Both the position numbers and the translations under genes were made by a program. Below the pieces are notes generated by a model. It was not told the DNA's origin. It was given only the letters and a program-made list of their open reading frames with translations, and did no database searches. This document shows, in pieces, positions 1 through 9,287 of a stretch of DNA of 64,000 nucleotides (its first letter is position 1; the number at the start of each line of letters is the position of its first letter). The stretch is taken from contig OY970178.1 in the NCBI GenBank assembly GCA_963707915.1, positions 1,792,001 to 1,856,000 of the forward strand, read 5' to 3'. The DNA comes from Candidatus Eiseniibacteriota bacterium. Lineage in GTDB: Bacteria; Eisenbacteria; RBG-16-71-46.

Positions 1-1260
1 ATCCGCCGCGACCGGTTCGACTTCCTCGCGCTGCTCTCGTTCGAGATCGGCAAGGACTGGTACGAGGCCGACGCCGAGATCGCCGAGGCCATCGACTTCT
101 GCGAGTACTACGCGCGGCTGGCGGTCCGGCACTTCCAGTACCAGCCGCTGACCCGCATCCCGACCGAGGACAACTGCTTCTTCTACATCCCGCTGGGCGT
201 CGGCGTGGTCATCGCGCCGTGGAACTTCCCGCTCGCGATCCTCGCCGGCATGACCATGGCCGCCGTGGTGAGCGGCAACGCCGTGCTGGTGAAGCCCTCC
301 TCCGACACGCCGGTGATCGCCGCGCGCCTCGTCGCCCTGGCGCGCGAGGCCGGCGTGCCCGACGGCGTCATCAACCTGCTGCCCGGCCCGGGCGGCGAGG
401 TCGGCGACACCCTGGTCACGCACCCGCAGGTCCGCTTCGTGTCGTTCACCGGCTCGGCCGCCGTCGGCCTGCGCATCAACGAGATCGCCTCGAAGCCCGG
501 CCCGGACCGCCGCTGGATGACCCGTTTCGTCCTCGAGATGGGTGGCAAGGACGCCATCGTCGTGGACGAGACCGCCGACCTCGACGCGGCGGCGAGCGCC
601 GTGGTGCGCTCGGCCTTCGGTTTCCAGGGGCAGAAGTGCTCGGCCTGCTCGCGCCTGGTCGTGGTCTCGTCGGTCAGGGACCGCCTGCTCGACCTGATCC
701 TCGAGAAGACCCGGCCGCTGCCCGCCGACCTGCCGTGGAACGGCCCCTGCGTCTTCACCGGCCCGGTGGCGAACGCGAAGGCGCGCGCCGGCATCCTCGA
801 GGCGATCGAGCGCGGCAAGGCCGAGGCCCGGCTGGTGCACGGCGGGCACGCGCTCGACCGGCCCGGCTATTACCTCGCCCCGACCGTGTTCGACGGCGTG
901 GCATCGCGCTCGTTCCTCGGCCAGGAGGAGGTCTTCGGCCCGGTGCTGGCCGTGATCGAGGCCGCCGACTTCGACCGCGCGCTCGACATCGCCAACGACA
1001 CGCGCTACGGCCTCACCGGCGCGGTGTTCTCCAGCCGCATCGAGCGGCTCGACCGCGCGAAGCACGAGTTCCATTGCGGCAACCTCTACCTGAACCGCGG
1101 CTGCACCGGCGCGCTGGTGGGCGTGCACCCCTTCGGCGGGTTCAACCTCTCCGGCACCGACTCGAAGGCTGGCGGCCCCGACTACCTGATGAACTTCACG
1201 CAGGGCAAGACCACCTCCGAGCGCATCACCGTGCCGCGCATGCCCGGGATCGGCGTATGA
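1..1260 (+). CDS. pruA: L-glutamate gamma-semialdehyde (1-pyrroline-5-carboxylate) dehydrogenase, 5'-truncated by window edge
   Basis: Frame open from base 1 (EADAEIAEAIDFCEYYA); ALDH motifs PWNFP, FTGS, LEMGGKD, GQKCSAC, EEVFGP, HPFGGFNLSGTDSKAGGPDYL typical of RocA/PruA. Confidence 0.9.
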   Translation: MRRDRFDFLALLSFEIGKDWYEADAEIAEAIDFCEYYARLAVRHFQYQPLTRIPTEDNCFFYIPLGVGVVIAPWNFPLAILAGMTMAAVVSGNAVLVKPSSDTPVIAARLVALAREAGVPDGVINLLPGPGGEVGDTLVTHPQVRFVSFTGSAAVGLRINEIASKPGPDRRWMTRFVLEMGGKDAIVVDETADLDAAASAVVRSAFGFQGQKCSACSRLVVVSSVRDRLLDLILEKTRPLPADLPWNGPCVFTGPVANAKARAGILEAIERGKAEARLVHGGHALDRPGYYLAPTVFDGVASRSFLGQEEVFGPVLAVIEAADFDRALDIANDTRYGLTGAVFSSRIERLDRAKHEFHCGNLYLNRGCTGALVGVHPFGGFNLSGTDSKAGGPDYLMNFTQGKTTSERITVPRMPGIGV

Positions 1261-1658
1261 CGCCGCCGGCGGGGAGCGGGCCGGTCGCGCGCCGTGTTCT
1301 GGACAGCCGGCGGGCGACGAGGATCGCCGCGCGCACCGTGCACATCGTGGCGATGGCGCTGGTGCTCGGCGGCGTGGCCTACGCCGCGCCCGCGCGGGCG
1401 CTGGCCGTGCCGCTCGCGCTCACCGTGGCGAGCGGGGTGCTGATGATCGGCATGGACCTGTGGAAGAGCGGCGCCTGGCTCTACCAGGGCAGCGGCGCGG
1501 CGGTCCTGCTCAAGCTCGCGCTGCTCGCGCTCGGGCAGATGCTTCCGGCCGCGCGCCTCGAGTGCTACCTCGCCGCCACCGCCGTCGCCTCGCTCGGCGC
1601 GCACATGCCGAAGGCCTGGCGGCACTGGTCCTTCCTCGATCGACGCGTGATCGACTAG
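1257..1658 (+). CDS. Small integral membrane protein (about 4 TM), unknown function
   Basis: ATG overlaps pruA stop (ATGA); hydrophobic segments with His residues (RTVHIVAM...GAHMP). Confidence 0.7.
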   Translation: MTPPAGSGPVARRVLDSRRATRIAARTVHIVAMALVLGGVAYAAPARALAVPLALTVASGVLMIGMDLWKSGAWLYQGSGAAVLLKLALLALGQMLPAARLECYLAATAVASLGAHMPKAWRHWSFLDRRVID

Positions 1659-1747
1659 GGCGTGCCGGTCCATGAACCGCCGACCGGGAACGGGTGAAGC
1701 CCATGGGCCTCGTGGAGTCGCCGCGTGAACGGGCCGGGCCGGTGGCG

Positions 1748-2977
1748 ATGCTGACCTACCGCGAGGCGTTGGAGCGCGTGCTGGACTCGGCCGCGGCGAG
1801 CCTCGAGCGGCGCGTGCCGCTCGAGGACGCGCTCGGGTTGGTCGCGGCGGCCGGCGTCGTCTGCCCCGGCCCGGTGCCCCCGTTCGACAACTCCGGCATG
1901 GACGGCTTCGCCGTGCGCGCCGCGGACGTCGCGGGCGCGACCGCGCAGACGCCGGTGCGCCTGCGCGTCCTGGAGGACCTGCCCGCCGGCCGCGTCGCGG
2001 AGCACGCGGTCGAGGCGGGCACGGCGCACCGGATCATGACCGGGGCACCCGTTCCCGCGGGCGCCGACGCCGTGGTCCCGGTCGAGGGGACCGCGCCAGC
2101 CGGCGACCACGTCGAGATCCGGCGCGCCGTGCGCGCGGGCGCGAACGTGCGGCGTGCCGGCGAGGACCTCGCGGCCGGCGCGGCCGTGGTGGCGCGGGGC
2201 GACGTCCTGCGCCCCGCCGACATCGGCCTGCTCGCCGTGGCCGGCTGCGCCACCGTGCCGGTCGTCCCGCGGCCCCGGCTCGCCATCGTCACGACCGGCG
2301 ACGAGCTGGTGGACGTCTCGGAGGAGCCCGGGCCGGGGCGCATCCGCGACGCCAACCTGCATGCCCTGCGCGCGCAGGCCCTGGCCTTCGGCGCGCTGCC
2401 CGTCGGGTTCCCGCGCGTGCCCGACCGCCGCGCGGACGTCGTGAGCGCGCTGCGCCGGGCCGTCGCGGCCGCGGACGTCGTCGTGACCACGGGCGGCATC
2501 TCGATGGGCGAGTACGACTGCGTGAAGGACGTGCTCGACGAACTGGGCGCGGAGCGCGTCTTCTGGCGGGTCGCGCAGAAGCCCGCCGGCCCCCTCGGGC
2601 TCTGGCGGCTCGACGGCCGGCCCGTCTTCGGCGTCCCCGGCAATCCCGTCGCCGCGATGCTGGTGATGGAGGAGTACGTGCGGCCGCTGCTGCGCCTGAT
2701 GATGGGCTTCGCGCATCTCTTCCGCCCGGAACGCCACGGCACGCTCGAGACCCCGTGGACCCGGCGCGCCGGCGACGACCGCCTGCACTTCCTGCGGGTC
2801 TCCGTGCGCGCGGAGGCGGACGGGCTGCACGCGCGCCTGTCGGGCCACCAGGGCTCGGGCGTGCTCTCCTCGATGGCCCGCGCCAACGCGCTGGCGCTGA
2901 TTCCCGGGGATGTCGAGGCGGTGCCCGAAGGCGGGCGGGTGGTGCTGCACATGATGGAGGAGACGGAGGATCACTGA
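1748..2977 (+). CDS. moeA: Molybdopterin molybdotransferase MoeA
   Basis: PPFDNSGMDGFAV, IMTGAPVP, TTGDEL, TTGGIS, PGNPVA motifs; start chosen at MLTYREAL. Confidence 0.93.
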   Translation: MLTYREALERVLDSAAASLERRVPLEDALGLVAAAGVVCPGPVPPFDNSGMDGFAVRAADVAGATAQTPVRLRVLEDLPAGRVAEHAVEAGTAHRIMTGAPVPAGADAVVPVEGTAPAGDHVEIRRAVRAGANVRRAGEDLAAGAAVVARGDVLRPADIGLLAVAGCATVPVVPRPRLAIVTTGDELVDVSEEPGPGRIRDANLHALRAQALAFGALPVGFPRVPDRRADVVSALRRAVAAADVVVTTGGISMGEYDCVKDVLDELGAERVFWRVAQKPAGPLGLWRLDGRPVFGVPGNPVAAMLVMEEYVRPLLRLMMGFAHLFRPERHGTLETPWTRRAGDDRLHFLRVSVRAEADGLHARLSGHQGSGVLSSMARANALALIPGDVEAVPEGGRVVLHMMEETEDH

Positions 2978-3158
2978 GCGGGGGCGCCGGTCGGCGCAGG
3001 GTGTTCCGGCGAGCACGGGGACCTGATGCCGGAGCGTGGCCCGCCGTGCGGTGGGGCACGGCCGGCCGGTGGAGCGCCTCCCGGTCCTGACGCCACGGAT
3101 CACGGCAGGATCCCCCGCCGTTTGCCTCCGCCCCACCCCGCTCCCATACTGCGGCCCC

Positions 3159-4433
3159 ATGCGCCGCGGTCTCCCGGTCCGCATGCTCGCGGGCCTCCTC
3201 ATCGGCATCGTCTCCGGCGTCGCCGCGAACCTCCTCGCCGGCGACTCGCCGCGGCTCGCCGCCTTCGTCCAGTACGTGACCGAGCCGGCCGGGCGCATCT
3301 TCCTGCGGCTGCTCTTCATGCTGGTCATCCCGCTCATCCTCTCGGCGCTGGCGCTGGGCGTGGCCGGCCTGGGCGACATGCGCAGCCTCGGGCGCATCGG
3401 GCTCAAGACGCTGGTCTACACCGTCGCGGTCTCGGCGATCGCGGTGCTGATCGGCGTCACGCTGGTGGACACGCTGCGGCCGGGCGCGGGGCTCTCCCCC
3501 GCGCTCAAGGCGCGGCTCGCCACGCAGGCCACCTCGGTGCCGGCGCCGGCGGCCGCGGCCGGCACGGGCGGCATGGACTTCTTCGTCGCGCTGGTGCCTT
3601 CGAACGTCGTGAAGGCCATGGGCGAGGGCGACATGCTCGCGGTGATGGTCTTCGCGCTGTTCCTCGGCGTGGGACTCGCGCTGACCCGGACGCCCGCGGC
3701 CCGCGCCTTCGAGCGCTCGCTCGAGGGGCTCTACGACGTCACCATGAAGCTGCTCGGCCTGGTCATCCAGGTCGCGCCGCTCGCCGTCGCCTGCCTGCTG
3801 TTCACGCTCACCGCCCGGCTCGGCATCGACGTGCTGCGTCAGCTCGGCGCCTACGTCGGGGTGGTGCTGCTGGGGCTCGTCATCCACCAGTTCGGCGTCT
3901 ACTCGCTCTCGGTGGCCTGGCTGGGCGGCATGAGCCCGTGGCGCTTCTTCCGCGGCGTGCGCGCGCCGATGCTGACCGCGTTCTCGACCGCGTCGAGCAA
4001 CGCCACGCTGCCGACCGCGCTGCTGGCGGCCGAGGAGGAGCTGCAGCTGCCGCCGCACGTGAGCCGCTTCGTGCTCACCATCGGCTCGACCGCGAACCAG
4101 AACGGCACCGCGCTGTTCGAGGGCGTGACGGTGCTGTTCCTCGCCCAGTTCTACGGCATCGACCTGACGCTCGCCCAGCAGGTGACGGTGGTGCTGATCT
4201 GCATCCTCGGCGGCATCGGCACCGCGGGCGTGCCGGCCGGCTCGATCCCGGTGGTGGTGATGATCCTCGGGCTGGTGCACGTGCCGGCCGAGGGCATCGG
4301 CATGATCATCGGCGTGGACCGCTTCCTCGACATGTGCCGCACCACGCTCAACGTGACCGGCGACCTGGCCGCGGCGGTGGTGGTCTCGCGCGGCGAGGCG
4401 ATGGCGCCGCAGGTGGCGGAGGCGGACGCGTAG
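3159..4433 (+). CDS. Dicarboxylate/amino acid:cation symporter (DAACS, GltP-like)
   Basis: FSTASSNATLP, TANQNGTALFE, GVDRFLDMCRTTLNVTGD motifs. Confidence 0.92.
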   Translation: MRRGLPVRMLAGLLIGIVSGVAANLLAGDSPRLAAFVQYVTEPAGRIFLRLLFMLVIPLILSALALGVAGLGDMRSLGRIGLKTLVYTVAVSAIAVLIGVTLVDTLRPGAGLSPALKARLATQATSVPAPAAAAGTGGMDFFVALVPSNVVKAMGEGDMLAVMVFALFLGVGLALTRTPAARAFERSLEGLYDVTMKLLGLVIQVAPLAVACLLFTLTARLGIDVLRQLGAYVGVVLLGLVIHQFGVYSLSVAWLGGMSPWRFFRGVRAPMLTAFSTASSNATLPTALLAAEEELQLPPHVSRFVLTIGSTANQNGTALFEGVTVLFLAQFYGIDLTLAQQVTVVLICILGGIGTAGVPAGSIPVVVMILGLVHVPAEGIGMIIGVDRFLDMCRTTLNVTGDLAAAVVVSRGEAMAPQVAEADA

Positions 4434-4714
4434 GTCCTCCGCCGGAGCCGGTCACGGTACCTGCTGCCGGGTGTGCGCAGAGCACCTTTGCGAGCGCACT
4501 GCCGAGCGACTCAGCGCGCAGCGCGTACCGCACGCGCTCCGGGAGCGGGGCGTCGGTGACGAATTCGCCACTGGGCGCCCTGCGACGGCGACCCACGCTG
4601 CACGTGGGTGCCCGCGGCGCGCCCATCCCGCGGGGCCGGGCCACTCCAGCCGCGGCGCCACCCGCCCCGCATGCGGGCACCACGGCGCACCCTTCCGCGG
4701 GGTCGGGTGCAGGT

Positions 4715-6073
4715 TCACGCTGCCGGGCGCGTGACCGCCGTGCGCGGGCCTCCGTAGCACTTGAGGGCGTGGCGCAGGCGCACGTCGAGCGGGGCGTCGG
4801 GCGGAGCCTCGCAGCGCTCGGCGACGCCGCGCGCCTCGTCCCCGCGCAGCCCGAGCGACTGCAGCCAGGGCACGAGCTCGGCCCGGTGCGGCGCCAACTC
4901 CGGCTTCCCGCTCCGCTCGCGCCGGGTGACCTCCGCCGATCCACCCCTCCCACTCCGCTCCCGTTGCACCGCAGGCCTGCGCCGCGAATCCATGAACCCG
5001 CGCCCGAAGCGCTGCTCGGCCTCGTACTGGTTGTGGGCCCGGCAGCGCAGGCGTAGGCCCCCCACCGTCGCGCGCCCGCCCAGTGCCACCGGCTCGACGT
5101 GGTCGTACTCGAGCCGCGTGCGCGCCTCGCAGCGATGCCCGCCCTCGCCCACGAACGTGCAGCAGCCGCCGTCGCGCTCCCAGACGGCGCGCTTCACGTC
5201 CGCGGGTACGTGACGGGGGCCTTCGCTCGGGCGGCAGGCACAGGGCCGCTCGGCCTTCGCGAACTTCTGCCGCTCGAGCTGCGCGATCAGGGCCTTCAGC
5301 GCCCGGGCGAACACCTCGGCCGGGTCGCCGGAGGGCAGGCTGTGACCCAGCAGGGCCTGGGCGTAGAGCAGGTCGTCGTGCGTCGCCTGGTCCACGGTGA
5401 ACTGGACGGCGTAGCGCCCCGGCGCTAGGGGAGTCACTGGGCGGGTTCGGGTCATCGCCGACGGGGCGGCGGCACCTGCCGAATCGGTTGCCGCAGTGGC
5501 CTCATGTTCAGCAGAACTGAAATTCACTCGCCCCGGGGCGAGTGAAATTGAGTCACACTGAACAAGAGCGCCCGTTTGCGGCGGAGTCGTCGCAGCTCCC
5601 GCCCCGAGGGACTGCTGCTCCCCGGGCCCGACCTCGGACAGCGGCCGAATCGAGCCCGGCAGGTCGGGCCGCGGGAATCGCTCGGCCAACAACTGCTCGA
5701 TCGCCGCCCGGCTCCGGTGCGTCGCCACCGCCAGCAAGTCCTCGGCGTTCTCGGGGGTCAGGTAAGGCGCCAGGGCTCCCAAGCCGCCCAGGTGCAGCCG
5801 ACCGTCGGCCAGCATCCCGTGGATGGCCGGGAACTCGCGGGCCAGCCGCGCCGCGCGGATGCGCTTGTAGGCGCTGTCTTCCGAGAAGCGCAACCGCTCG
5901 ACGCAGTACGCGAACATCGAGGGGTAGCCGGCTTCGGCGTAGAGCCGCCGGGCATCGACCTCGCCAAGGTGGGCGACCAGCAGGGCCGTGGTCGCGCGGT
6001 CCTGCGAGACGAGTGTCCGCAGTTCGCGCAGCAGGGCCTGGTCGGAGACGTGGGACAGTGCGTAGCGATCCAT
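4715..6073 (-). CDS. HNH endonuclease-domain protein with DUF222-like N-terminal helical region
   Basis: C-terminal VWERDGGCCTF...CEARTRLEYDHVEPVALGG...LRLRCRAHN; N-terminal LVAHLGEVDARRLY..GYPSMFAYC..LRFSE typical of this multicopy family. Confidence 0.8.
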   Translation of the reverse strand: MDRYALSHVSDQALLRELRTLVSQDRATTALLVAHLGEVDARRLYAEAGYPSMFAYCVERLRFSEDSAYKRIRAARLAREFPAIHGMLADGRLHLGGLGALAPYLTPENAEDLLAVATHRSRAAIEQLLAERFPRPDLPGSIRPLSEVGPGEQQSLGAGAATTPPQTGALVQCDSISLAPGRVNFSSAEHEATAATDSAGAAAPSAMTRTRPVTPLAPGRYAVQFTVDQATHDDLLYAQALLGHSLPSGDPAEVFARALKALIAQLERQKFAKAERPCACRPSEGPRHVPADVKRAVWERDGGCCTFVGEGGHRCEARTRLEYDHVEPVALGGRATVGGLRLRCRAHNQYEAEQRFGRGFMDSRRRPAVQRERSGRGGSAEVTRRERSGKPELAPHRAELVPWLQSLGLRGDEARGVAERCEAPPDAPLDVRLRHALKCYGGPRTAVTRPAA

Positions 6074-6399
6074 CGAAGTGACTCCGCGCGGGGGCGGGTC
6101 ACGGGGGTGTGCGAACCTCCTTCTATCACACCCCTTTTCGGCGCGCGCAGATCACCGCACGCCGCGGAGCGCGTCCTCGCGAGCGAACGATGCCGCGGCC
6201 GGGCGCGAAACCACGGCGGCGCGGCACCACCGGCGCGCTGGGACCCGATTGGAACGCCTCACGGGACTCCGACAAGTGCCCGCGCTCTGGGCTGTCAAGA
6301 GGAATCACCGGTTCAGACCGGGCACACTGGTAACAGATCAGACCGGGGACATGGGTTACAGCCCGCGGGCATCATGGGTGGTTCGAGGAGGACCACACG

Positions 6400-7626
6400 A
6401 TGCCCTGGGCGAGGACCGACTGGATGTCTGAACGAGTGAAGTTCATTGCCGCCTACCTGCAGGCGGAGGCCAGCTTCTCCGACTTGTGCCACGACTTCGG
6501 GGTCAGCCGGAAGACGGGGTACAAGTGGGTCCGTCGTTATGAGGCCGACGGGGTCGCGGCCCTCGAGGAGATCTCACGCGCGCCGCACTCTCATCCCAAC
6601 GCCGTCGCCGCCGACCTCGTGCAGGCGATCGTCGCGATCCGACGTCGCCATCCGCGTTGGGGACCACGCAAGGTGCGGGTGGTGCTGAAGCGGGAACGGC
6701 CGCCGGTCGCGCTCCCGGCGGCCAGCACGATCGGCGACATCCTGAGGCGCAGCGGACTGGTTCGCCCGCGCCGGCGAGTCCGGCGCAGCTCACCGTACGG
6801 GGACCGGCTGCGGCAGTACGACGCACCCAACGCCGTCTGGTGTGCCGACTTCAAGGGCCACTTCCCGCTGGGTCGCCGGGGTGAACGCTGTCATCCGCTG
6901 ACCATCAGCGATGGATACAGTCGCCTGCTCCTTCGCTGCCGCGCCCTGCGTCGTCCGCTCACTCAGCATGTCCGGCGCGTCTTCGAGTCCGCTTTCACCG
7001 AATACGGCTTGCCGAGGGCGATCCGCACCGATAACGGGCCGCCGTTCTCGACGCTCGCCCCGGGCGGACTGTCGCGTCTCTCGGTCTGGTGGATCCGACT
7101 CGGGATCCGTCCCGAACGCATCATGCCAGGTCGTCCCGAACAGAACGGGCGCCACGAGCGCATGCATCGCACCTTGAAAGCCGAGACCGCCAGACCGCCG
7201 CGCTCGAGCTTCAGCGCCCAGCAACGCGCGTTCGATCGCTTCCAGACGGAGTACAACCAGGAGCGGCCGCACGAGGCGCTCGGCCAGGAGGTGCCGGCCG
7301 CGCTTTACCGCCCATCGCTTCGCTCGTACCCGCGCGAGCTCCCCGAACCAGAGTACCCGCGACACTTCGAGACCCGGGTGGCCTATCCCAACGGCGTGAT
7401 CACCTTCGGCACCACGCAGTGGTACGTGAGCAACTGCCTCGTCGGCGAACGGGTCGGACTCGAGCCCTGCGACGATGGCCGGTGGCGTGTCCACTTCGGC
7501 TGGGTGCCGATCGGACTGCTAGATCTCAAGCAGGCCACCGACCGCGGACCCCGCCACTTTGGGCGGCTCGAACCCATCGTTGATCCTGCCTTGAGCAGAC
7601 GTCGTCGCCGCCGTTATGGAAGCTAG
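6400..7626 (+). CDS. IS481-family DDE transposase (HTH + rve integrase core)
   Basis: SRKTGYKWVRRY HTH, WGPRK, WCADFKG, IRTDNGPPF, PEQNGRHERMHRTLK, YNQERPHEAL. Confidence 0.93.
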   Translation: MPWARTDWMSERVKFIAAYLQAEASFSDLCHDFGVSRKTGYKWVRRYEADGVAALEEISRAPHSHPNAVAADLVQAIVAIRRRHPRWGPRKVRVVLKRERPPVALPAASTIGDILRRSGLVRPRRRVRRSSPYGDRLRQYDAPNAVWCADFKGHFPLGRRGERCHPLTISDGYSRLLLRCRALRRPLTQHVRRVFESAFTEYGLPRAIRTDNGPPFSTLAPGGLSRLSVWWIRLGIRPERIMPGRPEQNGRHERMHRTLKAETARPPRSSFSAQQRAFDRFQTEYNQERPHEALGQEVPAALYRPSLRSYPRELPEPEYPRHFETRVAYPNGVITFGTTQWYVSNCLVGERVGLEPCDDGRWRVHFGWVPIGLLDLKQATDRGPRHFGRLEPIVDPALSRRRRRRYGS

Positions 7627-7659
7627 AATGTGTTACCCATGTGCCCGGTCTGTCCTGTC

Positions 7660-7703
7660 ACCCATGTCCCCGGTTGCTTCAACCCATGTCTCCGGTTGCT
7701 TCA
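7660..7703 (+). repeat. 22-bp tandem duplication of the IS right-end motif
   Basis: ACCCATGTCCCCGGTTGCTTCA (7660-7681) then ACCCATGTCTCCGGTTGCTTCA (7682-7703), one mismatch. Confidence 0.85.
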
Positions 7704-7951
7704 CGCGATCCGGACCGGGAACATGGGGCCGCGTTCACCTGGCATCGGCGACCGAGCACGGCGCGAGCGATGCGTGGTGCAGGGCCGGAACCTGAGCCGG
7801 GGCCGTGGCCGGCCCTACGTCCGCACGCCTGAAGCTCGTCGCGACGCCCCTGGAGCGCGAGGGATCCGGGCCGGGCGCACGGGTGACCGATCGACCCGGG
7901 GAGCGGCGTGACGTTTCCGGGCCACCTCGAAGCGGCACCGGGCGGGCCGGG

Positions 7952-8518
7952 CTACTCCCGCCCGGGCTCCTCGGAGTAGTACGCGCCACCCGCGCACGAG
8001 CGGCACAACGGGCCCTCGGCGCCCTCCACGTCGCGGCCGTCGAGCACGGTCTCGCCGCAGCGCGTGCAGGGGACGGCGCGCAGCGGCTTGCCGGGGAGCT
8101 CCATCGGCGCGAGCGCCACGCGCACGCGGCGCCAGGCGAGCGTCTCCTCGTCCGGCAGCTCGAGCACCGCGCGGCAGGCCGCGTCCGCGGCGCCCGGCGG
8201 GTGCGCGAAGTGTTTCGCGGTCACGCGCCACGCCCACCCGGTCCCGGTGTCCACGAACGTCGCGGCGGTCTTGCCGAGGTCCACGAGCTTCGCGCTGCGC
8301 TTGCCGACCCTCGTGCCGGTCACGACCTGGATCGCGTCGGCGACGCAGCGGGCGTTCTCGATGTAGACGATGAGCCGCTTCGGATCGCGGGTGCCGGCCA
8401 GCTCCATGCCCTTGAGCGCCATGCGCACGCCGAGCACCTGGCCCATGCACAGGTGGCCGTGCCAGGCGACGCAGCGCTCGAGCCACCCGGCGCGCCCGAG
8501 CGGGGCGCTCTCCACCAT
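7952..8518 (-). CDS. FmdE family protein with C-terminal Zn-finger
   Basis: WHGHLCMGQVLG, CVADAIQ, DLGK; C-terminal CTRCGE...LCRSC. Confidence 0.85.
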   Translation of the reverse strand: MVESAPLGRAGWLERCVAWHGHLCMGQVLGVRMALKGMELAGTRDPKRLIVYIENARCVADAIQVVTGTRVGKRSAKLVDLGKTAATFVDTGTGWAWRVTAKHFAHPPGAADAACRAVLELPDEETLAWRRVRVALAPMELPGKPLRAVPCTRCGETVLDGRDVEGAEGPLCRSCAGGAYYSEEPGRE

Positions 8519-8525
8519 CGCGGCC

Positions 8526-9287
8526 CTACCTCGCCCGGCGCTGGGCGAGGATCCACGCCGGGAGCGCGAAGTCGGCGAAGGCCGAGACCCAGCAGCCGTG
8601 GCCGAGCTCGGGGTAGAGCGTCATGCGCGGCTCCGGGAGGCCGCCCGCCTGCTTGCGCCGCGCCAGTTCGGCGATGATGCCCTGGGTCTCGCGCGGGTCC
8701 ACCACGTCGTCCTTGAGTCCGTGGAACGCCCACACCGGCAGCTTCCACGCGCGCGGGGCCACCGTCTGGGCGCGGCCGTAGCCGCACACCGGCACCAGGC
8801 AGGACCAGAGCTCCGGGTGCCGCGCCCCGATCGTCCACGCGCCGTGCCCGCCCTGCGAGATGCCGGCGAGGGCGATGCGGTCGGGATCGATGTTGAACTC
8901 CTTCCGCACGACCTTCAGCGCCCCGAAGACGAGGTCCTCGCGCTCCTCCCACTCCTCGTCCGCGCCCGGCTTCTGCGGCATCACGGCCACCACGGGCCAG
9001 CGCTCCGGGTGTGCGAGCAGCTCGGGGCCGAGCCCCTGCCAGGTCTGCTTCCGTCCGTCGGTGCCGCACTCGCCCGAGCCGTTCATGAACACGATGCAGG
9101 GCCACGGGCGCGCGCGGTCGTAGCCCGGCGGCAACCAGATGGCGTAGGCCATCGAGTCGCCCTTCACGCGCAGGTGCCGGACCTGGAAGACGGAGTCGGC
9201 GGGCGCCGCGACCGCGCCGGCCGCCGGCAGGCCCGCCACGCACAGGATCGCGCCGCAGAGGAGGGCGGCGGGGCGCACGGGGCTCAC
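8526..9287 (-). CDS. Secreted alpha/beta hydrolase (esterase/peptidase)
   Basis: Signal peptide; GISQGG nucleophile elbow, FHGLKDDVV, HGCW; GTG start overlaps the upstream stop. Confidence 0.8.
   Translation of the reverse strand: MSPVRPAALLCGAILCVAGLPAAGAVAAPADSVFQVRHLRVKGDSMAYAIWLPPGYDRARPWPCIVFMNGSGECGTDGRKQTWQGLGPELLAHPERWPVVAVMPQKPGADEEWEEREDLVFGALKVVRKEFNIDPDRIALAGISQGGHGAWTIGARHPELWSCLVPVCGYGRAQTVAPRAWKLPVWAFHGLKDDVVDPRETQGIIAELARRKQAGGLPEPRMTLYPELGHGCWVSAFADFALPAWILAQRRAR

Larger units (their letters stand above)
6293..7703 (+). mobile_element. IS481-family insertion sequence (boundaries approximate)
   Basis: Transposase flanked by inverted arrays of a ~22-bp motif: left CAGACCGGGCACACTGGTAACA (6314-6335) and CAGACCGGGGACATGGGTTACA (6339-6360); right TGTTACCCATGTGCCCGGTCTG (7631-7652) and TGTCACCCATGTCCCCGGTTG (7656-7676); left end begins TGT at 6293; no target duplication found. 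Confidence 0.75.

Noticed and set aside
6314..7727. CRISPR-like short repeats
   Set aside because: Only 2-4 copies with no unique spacers, inverted around a transposase; they are IS end motifs.
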